NCBI GenBank assembly: GCA_038496445.1
Contig: JALMLS010000076.1
Span: 1 to 64,000 of the forward strand
Source of the DNA: Trichosphaerium sp. ATCC 40318
Taxonomy: Eukaryota; Protista; Tubulinea
Length of the DNA stretch: 64,000 nucleotides
Reading direction: 5' to 3'
How positions within the stretch are numbered: position 1 is the stretch's first letter; each line of letters opens with the position of its first letter. The translations under genes and the position numbers were made by a program. Positions 1-9,366 of this stretch are shown here, one piece after another. The notes under the pieces are model-generated. The model was not told where the DNA came from. It was given only the letters and a program-made list of their open reading frames with translations, and ran no database searches.

Positions 1-125
1 TCTTACGGTTAGGGCATTTAAAGTTAATGAGCCACACTGAAATCTTCTTGATGAGTGCTCCATTGTTGTCCGTATGCCATTGGTAGGCAATATCTTTCTT
101 TGTATTGGTGTAAAGTACCAAACGG

Positions 126-395
126 TCACCATGGATCCACACTCCAAGTGTTTTGAAACATTTCAGGCGTTACATCAGCCGCAACATTGTATTCTGGAGG
201 AGTACCTCCTCCATTATGTGTTTTAATGAGAGCAAACAAATGGTTTTTAAGTTTTTGCTCCTATTTTAGCAAGTACTTAATGTTAATACCTCATACCATT
301 GTTGATACGTTTAATAGGTCTGGTGAAAGCGCTGATAGAGTCTTAGCACGTTTTTTTTTAAGACTCCTTGTAATTATATCAACAATCTTGTTTGA
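126..395 (-). CDS. Fragment of a spliced hypothetical gene, possibly degraded, in the CpG-poor block
   Basis: Exons 395-297 and 260-126 join in frame across a 36-nt GT-AG intron (SNKIVDIITRSLKKKRAK...TM|EQKLKNHLFALIK...DPW*). Upstream exons could not be resolved. Another frame at 1-160 also looks coding, so a frameshift is possible. Confidence 0.3.
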
Positions 396-1030
396 CTGTC
401 AAAAAAATATTCAAAGTCTCTATTGGACATATTACGCGTGGAAAATGCTATCCTTGTGGTTTGAAGTGGTTTCATTCTTCGTGTTTCTTTGAAGCTTCAA
501 CCTTTTAAAATGTGGCAAACAACTAATAATGCTTTAATTGACCTGTTAATGTGCAAAAGAGAGGTTAGGTAACAGCATCAGGTCTTTACATCGACATTTT
601 ACCAACTATTGTAAAATATGTATATTTAGCTTTTCTACGCGTCTGTGACGCCTATGTATCTATTTTGAGGGTGTTTGACACTTCATTGTTCTTTGAAGCC
701 CCAAACCTCTTCAAAATTACTGGTTCTCTTCAGATTGTTGTTTATTTAACGTGTAAAGCACTGTATTATGTATAACTGAGTCACTGTTAACAAGATACGT
801 TATTTCAGAAAACAGTTCTTATTTTCGGAAGAAGTGGGCCAATCACGTGATATTATTCACAGTCACATGGTCTGACTAGTCAATAAACCAAAAACAACAC
901 TACAGTCTACAGCAAAACAATTCACCAAAACTCGACATTTTTTGTCAAATATTCGACATTTAACATTCAAACGAAATTTGTGGTTTATTTGTTGTGTTTT
1001 CACTATTAACTCATTTGGCTCTTTATTTAA

Positions 1031-1312
1031 GATGAACACAAAATATCTAAAGTGTTGTCCATATTTTCCAATGGCGATGGCATCTTAACATGCAAAGTCA
1101 TGTTGGCGAACGACGAAATCACTGTTTGGCCATTTGATAGAGTCAACCAACACAACATAGCTGCATTGAAAGCTTGCATCAAGGATTCCTTTACCAAATG
1201 GCAAACCAACTTTGCCAAAGTAAAAAATGAGCTTGAAAGCACAACAAAAAAGCTGGTAGAAGCAGAAACCAAGCTGTTGCTTCAAAAACAAGAAGAATTG
1301 AATGTCAATTGA
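1031..1312 (+). CDS. Small chromo-shadow-like domain plus coiled-coil protein (start not resolved)
   Basis: Open frame after the acceptor-like ...ttatttaag at 1030. ISKVLSIFSNGDGILTCKVMLANDEITVWPFDRVN aligns without gaps to the Swi6/HP1 chromo-shadow core as I recall it ([35 protein letters not shown]). A heptad-like tail follows (VKNELESTTKKLVEAETKLLLQKQEEL). Confidence 0.45.
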   Translation, partial: DEHKISKVLSIFSNGDGILTCKVMLANDEITVWPFDRVNQHNIAALKACIKDSFTKWQTNFAKVKNELESTTKKLVEAETKLLLQKQEELNVN

Positions 1313-1437
1313 AACAAAAAGCTACTATAATGAACAACAGCCAACAAACAACTAAACAACTAATAAAAACCAAAACTTTTTTTTTTAATAATTATTTTTT
1401 ATTTGCTAGCTACTAGGTATCATTTGCCATAAACCTT

Positions 1438-4400
1438 TTATTCCTCCATTTGATCAAACAAATCCTGGCTGTTGTTGAAGTTCGCGTTCGTTTGCGTGTT
1501 GTTGGCGGTCGGCGCTTGCTTGTTGTCTAGGTTCGCATCCGTTTGCATGTTGTCGGCGGTCGGTAGCTGGCTGTCTGGAACAACTATGTCATCTTGACTA
1601 TCCTCTTCATCATCATTGTTGTTGTCATCTTTAGACAAGAGCTTTGCTTTTTTGGCCCTGGTGGTCACACCATCAACATTTGCAGGGCCATCTGCCTTTC
1701 TTTTGTGTTTCCTCACTACTAATGTACCTCTTCTTTTAGGGTGGGGAACATTTGGAGCAATAATATTCTCTGACTGAGGTGGTTGAGGTTGACTAGAAGC
1801 TATAGGTGTTACCTCAGCAAGTGGTATAGTATCTGTTCCAGCATTTGTTGAAGTAATTTGGCCAACAGGTGCAACAGGTTCAACAACAACATTTTCCAAA
1901 GCACTTGCAATTGATGGAACACCCTGATTATCTTTTGCAGCCTCATTTTCATCAAAAGATGGTGGTTCATCAAAGTCTTCTTCAGTAATGTTTGCAGCTG
2001 CAATAAAAAAGGTAAGTACAAATTAAATACAAAGAACAGAAGAAATGAAGGTGGACGAACAGGTCAACGCATGTAAAGGAGCGTTCCGAGCTCGGAACCA
2101 AACTGACAGGTAAAGTGTGTGTAAAGTTGCGTTCCGAGCTCGGAAGGCGAACGAACAGGTAAAGTGCGTGTGAAATCGCGTTCCGAGCTCGGAACGTAAA
2201 AGAACAATCGATACGTATGTTTAACGACGACCGTCGAAAAAACAACAGGTATCCTATTATTCTCCATCACCCACAACCTTCACCCACAAACAAAAAAACC
2301 TATACTTTAACTTATTAACCTACCTTTAAAAAGCATTTTTGCCATCACATTATCTGCTGGAACCACCAATGTAATGTGAAGGTCTTGTTTCACTTTTTTC
2401 AATGTAACATCCTCTGATGCTCCTGCCCAAACATTCAATCTCTTTCTGGTCACTTTTGTAAACTCTTTCAAAGCAACTAAATGTTCTTTGTATTTCCTCT
2501 CCCTTGTTCTAGGAGTGTCATCCATGAATAAACCTCCATAATTAGACTCAGAGCCAATTGAAGCTGTTTTTGTTGGAGTAGTTGGGGCATTTTGCTCTGT
2601 AGATGAGGCATCTGGCTTTCCTCCATCTTGGCTTGGATCTTTTGGGCCTGTAGGTATTGTGGTTGGTCCTGTCAAAACAGTACCAGTAGTAAGGTTTGAA
2701 GAAACATTGCTTGAAGTAAGAGCTGGTTCTTTTTCAGTCATTTGAGCATCACCAACAGGGGAAGTAGGTTCAATGGGTGTCAAAGGTGCTAAAAGGGAAA
2801 AAAAAAGTTAGTTGTGCAAGCTGGTTCGCCGAAAATATACAAACGTCCGTTTGTATGTACCTGGTGGCTTGTTGATTGGCTGGACAGTTTGTTGGTTGGT
2901 TGATTTGTTGGTGTCAGTGGTATTTGAAACAACTGAAGCACCACCAACATTAGAGGAAGCCTGAATGGTTGCCAAAGGTGCTAGAATAAACAAAGTTAGT
3001 GGGACAACTAGATACAATCGGGCGGCTAACAGCCATGCGCGTGTACCCGGCGGTCCGACGGAGGTTTTATTGGCACCACCAACTGTCAATGTAGCAATCT
3101 TAATGTTACTTCTTTTGCTTTTCCTTCTTCTTGGAGATTTTGTTGTTGGCTTTGCTTTGGTTAAATCTTCTACATCTGTTTCTCCTGTTTTTTTGTTTTT
3201 GTGGCTTCTGGCATTTTTAGTATTGCCACTTTTAACCTCTTTGAAATGGCTATAACTTTCAATCATCTTTTGCTCCAATGCATCCCCTGTCGAAAACGAG
3301 TCATTACAAACGATCGCGTGTGCGCGAACGGCGCTACTTAGTCGAATGAAATAAAAACCATCACTTACTGTTAGCTTTAACCAAGTTAGAGTCTGCACAT
3401 ATCATAGCCTCCATTGCAGTGTGTGAAAACTGCAATTTGTCCAAGGAGCCCTTGATATTAAAATCATAGTACACTGCATCACTAAACTTCTTTGGTGTGA
3501 ACAATAGCTCTGGATCATATACCAACAACTGCTTTAATATGCCATCAGACAACTCTGCTGCATATTCAGACAAAGACCACTCATCTTCAATATCAACAGG
3601 GGTTTCATCATCTATCATGTGGGTCCACCCAAGATTTTTCAGCTCTCTTAAAGCTTGTGCTGTAAACTTTTTGCAAAGTTTATACCTGACAAAAAAATAG
3701 TTTTGTAATGTTGTAGGGTATAAACCATGTGTTATTGCTTTGCAAAACTATTCAAAAAAATAAGAGTTGGTGTAACTTTACCATGTGATACTTACTGATA
3801 TTCTTGCAGCCAGAGGTAGGTCATTCCAAGCACCATGACTAAAATGCCTGATAGTATATCCTGGTATGGTCTTACTTTGCTACAAAAACCATGAGCAACA
3901 GCTTTTTTTGACAAACAAGGAACTAAAAACCCACTTTTATAAAACAGATTTTCATAAATGCAATGCATGTAAAATGATGTTCCGAGCTCGGAGCGTACGC
4001 GAACATACGTTATGCGTGTAGAAAGACGGTCCGAGCTCGGAGCGTACGCGAACATGCGTCATGCGTGTAGAAAGACGGTCCGAGCTCGGAGCGTCCGCGA
4101 ACATGCGCAACGCGTGTCGAACGACGGTCCGAGCTCGGAGCGTTCGCGTACATACATTGTGCGTGTGTAAAAGGGCATAATAAATAAAATACACTTACCT
4201 TTTTATCCACCACAGAAGTCATTTGTGTCCTCACTATAGTAGGCACAGGCATGAAAAACAATCCAGATTTGATGATCTCTGTTGTTTTGCCTTCACTCAG
4301 GCCACCAAATTTACCTTCTAAACTGTCTTGTGTCTAATAATCAAAACAATTAGTTATGTCATTAGTAAAAAAAATAATGTTCAGGGGCTAATAAATGGAC

Positions 4401-6930
4401 ATACCAAACGTATTAATTGTGTTTTATATTTAATAGACCTTGCAACACTCCACTTCCGTTTGTTTATCCTGTTGTCCTTTACCTTGGGATCTGCATGATA
4501 GTCATATTTCAGGTTAGCAAGTGTCATGAATGTCCCCAAGGCAGCTATGCACTTATCCACCAATGTATGCTTTGTGACTCTGGTTTGGTCTTCATTCAGC
4601 TTGGAGCAATATGTTGATATGGCATTTAAACCCTTAAAAGGATTAAACCATGTCAACTGCTTTCCCAATTTAAAATTGCTGACAGAGTTGGTCCTGGCAT
4701 TTGTTGGACTTGGTTTGCTAAAACAAAAATGTCAGGCAACTGTTGTGTATGGTCATGTGTCGCGAACGTCGCCGTACAAGCGTAACGTCTGTGCGACGGC
4801 GGTCGATCGTGACGTACCAGAGAGCTGTCAACAAGCAATGAGCTCCATCAGCAACACCAAACCCAGGTGTTTTTACCCCATTATAGATCACAGGGTTATA
4901 TGTCAATATCAAAGGTTTGAGATGAGTATCTTTCAGTTCCATCTTGTCCAAGATATTTCTAGTGTTTACTGATCTGACATCCATAAAACACACAATATGA
5001 GACATTTCATCAGCTTTTGGTTCAACATCCCCAGGAAGTAGTAGGTCTTCTACTTTCATGCCATCTTTAGCTGCTGTATGATTTAAAGCTTCTAGATCCT
5101 TTTTATCAATCAAACACAGATTCATTGACTCATGTGCTTTAGTGCAACTAATATAGAAGTAAGTACAATATCAAAGAGTAAACGAAAATATACACATGCG
5201 GTCGGCATGTTCGTTCGGACGTACGACATGAATTCATCAAAATCAGCAGCTTGCTGAAAGGATAGTGAGTTTCTGGCATACACCATCAACAGTGCAGCAT
5301 AGTATTCAGAATCTGTCAGATTTAATGCTGTGGCCTCATACAATTGCTCTGTCCAAATAACAATCTGCCAATATAATATTCTTTCCACACAAGTATTATA
5401 CCAAGTCTGTTTGTCCATTTCTCCATCATAGGCCATAGGCTCCCACCACTCAGAAGGAGCTTCATTAAAAGTATTTATCACTTTGTTTAAGAATGTTGCC
5501 AAAGAGTCTTTGGTATCAAAGTGAGGAAATCTTATCTAAAAAAAACAAACAATGTCAGCATCAACAATTCTGATAAATAAGTAAACTAAAAAGGCATGTG
5601 TGCTAACCTTCCGAGCTCGGAACGCTACCGGACAAGAAAACGCGTGTAAGTATACGTTCCGAGCTCGGGACGTGCGTTTACATACATAGACCTGTTTGGA
5701 TTTCGTTCCTAGCTCGAAACGCTATCATAAAAGAAAAATGCATGTTAACATTGGTCCCGAGCTCGGACCGCTATCACACAATAAAAACGCGTGTAAGGTA
5801 TAGGTTCCGAGGCTGGGACCCTACGTGACAAGTGTGTGTTTATGAAAGGGAAAATACATACCTTGAACAAATTTGATAGCTGCTCTGGATCATTCAAATC
5901 ACATGCTGCAGCCAATGTATTTGTAAAACTGAGTGAAAAACTATTGCTCAAAATATTTTCCAATTGCTCTAAAGGCATACTTCTGACATGTACTTGGGTA
6001 ATATCTTTGTCTGGTAAAATTGCTTCTCTAAATACATGTAAATAAAACATTGAAAGGAACAAAAGTATATGAGAATCTAACAAAGCAACATACAAAAACC
6101 CAATGGCAATACCATCCTCTTTGCCCAACAGAGTGCCAATAGCTTTCTTCCAATTCAAGCGTGAATTTATATTTGCCAATATAAACCAGCCAATACCTTT
6201 GGGCTCTGGAACTAGTGTAAAAGTTAGTCATAGTCAACAATAAACAAGTTAAAATAGAAATATCAACTAAATATATAAAACAATGTATGTAAACATACGT
6301 TCCGCGCTCGGAACGTATGTAAACGTACGTTCCGAAACAGGTCAACGTATGTAAACGTACGTTCCGAGCTCGGGACGTACCCGAACAGGTCAACGTATGT
6401 AAACGTACGTTCCGAGCTCGGAACGTACCCGATCAACGTAAAAAGTCAACGTATGTAACGTATGTAAACATGAGTTACCCGAGCTCGGAACGTAATCCAA
6501 AAAAGTCAATGTATGTAAACATACGTTCCGACCTTATGCGTACATACATTGACTTGTTATATAATTAATATTAAAAATAAACCCATCAAAAACACATATA
6601 TGCCTGTACACGATAAAGCACATAGCTAGCATTGATACACATAGAATATGTCCTCAAATGCTTTGCTATGGCGACCTATCGTGACATGCGTATACATGTG
6701 CGACGAGGTTCAACGAAAAATATTCAAAGAAAAATTAGGGATTTAAAAAAACCCTTTAAAATCAAAAAAACCCCTTTCATTAGGCTTTATTTAATTAATA
6801 AAGCCTAATGGAAGGGGTTAAAAAAAAAAAGGAGGAAGTTGGTACCTTTTTTCTGCTTGGGTATTCTCCTAGCATTTATAGGCTTTTCAGAGCCCTTAGA
6901 TGTAGGAGAGTCTGCATTGTTGTTGCTCAT
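1438..6930 (-). CDS. 13-exon, 1101-aa protein with a candidate ParB/Srx-like (DGxHR-type) domain and a long disordered C-terminal half
   Basis: Exons: 6930-6846, 6211-6094, 6027-5862, 5535-5225, 5147-4818, 4717-4405, 4333-4199, 3879-3796, 3747-3369, 3286-3047, 2980-2861, 2788-2324, 1997-1438. All 12 introns are GT-AG and the phases give one 3306-nt ORF from ATG to TAA. Motif: KPLILTYNP..GFGVADGAHCLLTAL...CSKLNEDQTRVTKHTLVDK. The gene model is well supported; the domain call is tentative (~0.4). Confidence 0.8.
2053..2198. repeat. Palindrome array A (intron 12): 3 cores, 48-49 bp period
   Basis: GTTCCGAGCTCGGAAC-type cores start at 2083, 2131 and 2180. Confidence 0.95.
3979..4170. repeat. Palindrome array B (intron 7): 4 cores, exact 49 bp period
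   Basis: G(T/G)TCCGAGCTCGGAGC cores start at 3979, 4028, 4077 and 4126. Confidence 0.95.
5608..5820. repeat. Palindrome array C (intron 3): 5 cores, 48-50 bp period, diverged spacers
   Basis: Cores start at 5608, 5656, 5705, 5754 and 5804. Confidence 0.9.
6283..6532. repeat. Palindrome array D (intron 1): 4 cores plus half-sites
   Basis: Cores start at 6299, 6361, 6409 and 6476; half-sites at 6329 and 6525. Perfect 24-bp palindrome GTACGTTCCGAGCTCGGAACGTAC at 6405-6428. Confidence 0.95.
6769..6819. repeat. 51-bp inverted repeat (hairpin/cruciform) in intron 1
   Basis: Arms AACCCCTTTCATTAGGCTTTATT and AATAAAGCCTAATGGAAGGGGTT: 23 bp with 1 mismatch, 5-nt loop. Confidence 0.9.
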
Positions 6931-7096
6931 CCTGTGTTTTGATAAAGTCAAACTAAGACAATATCACGTGACGGCGATTGAATCACACATGCATATGTAT
7001 GTCAATACCAGGGGACACCTACGTTCTTTGAAATTGATTAATAATTATAAAAAAAAAAAAAAGTGTACATACATTGTTATTTATCAAATAATAAAT

Positions 7097-7250
7097 AAAC
7101 ATGCACTTTAGTTTTATTATGTCAATTTCATTGAATCTCTTCAAAGTTTTTATAATTCAAACATACACTTTAGTTTTATCAAGGCTATTTCACTGAATCT
7201 GCTTAAAGTCTTTGTAATTCAAACAAACACTTTAGTTTCATGCACAATTT
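7097..7250. repeat. 62-bp tandem repeat, ~2.5 copies
   Basis: AAACAnnCACTTTAGTTT units start at 7097, 7159 and 7221. Confidence 0.85.
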
Positions 7251-7460
7251 CAAACATGCAATTGACATTGTTGATGACAATTGTGTATGTAGACAATAGT
7301 AAGAAAATAATGAGAAAAATGCAAAATTATGACAAGGACTAATCTTTATGACCCTTGTAACATACGAAAATTTATACATGCAATAGCATGTGGCAAAATT
7401 AGCTCGGAACGTTACTAACAAGCAAATGTAAGGTTTGAAAAAAAAAATAGTAGCAGACTC

Positions 7461-7740
7461 CTAAACCCTAACCCCTAATTAGCTTTTAGGGTATAACTCT
7501 AATCGTTATTTTTGGATATTAGGGCTAGGGTTTGTAACACTAATTGCAATCTGTAACTTAGAGTTAGGGTTAGGTTTGCAGCCCTAATGATTGTTATATT
7601 CTATTGTTGACTAGGGTTCAGGTTTACTCATGTACTTTCTATTAGGCCTAAGTTTACAAACCTACTTCATATTGAACATTTGATGCTACTTAGGGTTAGG
7701 GCTAGGTTTACAACCCTATACAGAATTAGGGTTAGGTTAT
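7461..7740. repeat. Degenerate interstitial telomere-like (TTAGGG/CCCTAA) patch
   Basis: Several ttagggttagg, tagggctaggg and ccctaacccctaa motifs on both strands. Confidence 0.7.
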
Positions 7741-7942
7741 ATGCAAAAGTGAGAACTTTCTATGCATTTTACTTTTTACAACTTTGTTATGTGTTCAACT
7801 ACATGGTGAAGTAAGGTTAGAATATATAGTGTTAAGGCTTGAAACACAATGTTTACAACTTTTAGTTACTTTGCACTGTTCATATTATTATTTCCATTAT
7901 TTGTATTTTTGAATTAATTTATTTACACAACTATATTATTAA

Positions 7943-8580
7943 GGGTGTCCTCTCAGATTTGTGTTTACTAAATTGTACATGCTTTGATTTACTTTAAACT
8001 TTTGCCACACTACAAACACGTGTATACACAGCTTTGTGTAAAAAATTGGCTTCGAATATGAACTTTGAGCATTATGATGTGCTTTTTTTAGTAGTTTTTT
8101 TTATCTCAATTGTACATCCTCAGATTTTCCTTAAACTTTATATTCAAAGTCTACACATATATTTAAGGTGTTTATGACAATATCAGCTTCGAATATAAGG
8201 TTTAGGGATTGAATTTTTCTTATTTTGGAAAGTAAATCTTAATTTAGTATTTTTTCTTTTTTGCACAGGCTTGAATTTGCTTAATACGCTAGTATACAGT
8301 TAATGTATGTGTGCTAAGTACAGTCATCAAAAATGAACTTCAAATACAGGTTTTGTCTTTAGTAATAATGTAAAATAGCCTAAAATGTGTTTATATGATA
8401 GTAAAACGCGTTTTAGACACTTTTTGGTTTTGGCACATCAGTTTAAGCAGGTTTTTTTTTCAATTTTTCAAAGGTGACCTCTGTTGCTCTAAATCGCTAT
8501 GGAGGATGCCTTGTGTGTCTGAAATGCATTGTGTAAAAAGTAGCAAATTCTGTACGCTGGGTCTAATCTGAGAGGACACC
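7943..8580. mobile_element. ~640-bp TIR-bounded unit (MITE or LTDR-like terminal module)
   Basis: GGTGTCCTCTCAGATT (7944-7959) is the perfect reverse complement of AATCTGAGAGGACACC (8565-8580). TTAA is present on the left side only. Confidence 0.75.
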
Positions 8581-8715
8581 TAATAGTACAATAGTGTAAT
8601 GCTAGCCTACCCCTATCCAGAAAAGTGTATCAATAAAAACAAGGTAATTTTGAAAAAGTTTATTCAAAAGTGTTATGCTGGACACCCTCTCTTACATTTT
8701 TCTTTGTTTTTTTCT

Positions 8716-9141
8716 TTAATCCTTCAACAAAGAAAAGTCGTCATCTGAATCACTATCTACACACACCTCTACTTGTCTTTTTTTTGGAGTAAAATTGAGT
8801 TTGGTTTGAGTGTACAAAGGTTTTTTCTTTACAATTCTGGCATTTTGTGGGTTTTCTTTGTCAATGGGTTTACCTTCATCATCAAGGACTATATCAACTC
8901 TCTTGCACATCCTTTCTATCCTACGGTCTACATAGCCATTTAATTTGGCATTTGCAGCCTTGAGAAACTCTCCAAGCAGCTCATTGAAATATACCAAATC
9001 CTCGGGATTGCTCTTCTGAAAAATTGTAGCAAGAGTATCAGGATGAACAACTAAGATGTAGTTATGTATAAGTCTCAATGTAATCATGTTGTGTTCCATG
9101 AGAAATAAAAAAATGTTGCCATGTAACATATTACGTGGCAC
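8716..9141 (-). CDS. Small hypothetical protein with a PIP-like motif and acidic tail
   Basis: 141-aa ORF (true start uncertain), divergent from the nuclease. C-terminus QTKLNFTPKKR...DSDSDDDF. Confidence 0.55.
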   Translation of the reverse strand: MPRNMLHGNIFLFLMEHNMITLRLIHNYILVVHPDTLATIFQKSNPEDLVYFNELLGEFLKAANAKLNGYVDRRIERMCKRVDIVLDDEGKPIDKENPQNARIVKKKPLYTQTKLNFTPKKRQVEVCVDSDSDDDFSLLKD

Positions 9142-9366
9142 TTACTAAAAATGGTTCAATTCAGAGAAGATTGTATTATTTTATTCAAAAGTGTCACGTT
9201 GGCCTACCCCTACATAAAAAATTGGAAACTGTTATATTGTAAACCTTTTTGTGTTAAACAAAAACATTCCAATAAAATTACAGTTAAAACAACCACGTAG
9301 ACATTACATAATATATTCTTTGAACAAATTTCTTACTTTTTTAATCAAACACACAGAATCACTGCC

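Noticed and set aside
3792-4261. Overlapping ORFs with repeated peptides (APSSDR, VRSELG, RTLRAR); likewise 1982-2276 and 6028-6393
   Set aside because: These are translations of the intronic 49-bp arrays. The spliced model explains the region.
2053-6532. CRISPR array interpretation of the palindrome-plus-spacer repeats
   Set aside because: Spacers are related to each other (near-identical in arrays B and D), the core is only ~16 bp, the arrays lie in spliceosomal introns of a eukaryotic gene, and no cas genes are present.
6769-6845. Helitron 3' end (hairpin + CTRR)
   Set aside because: The hairpin is AT-rich, longer than typical, lies inside an intron, and is not followed by a CTAG terminus. 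No Rep/helicase is seen.
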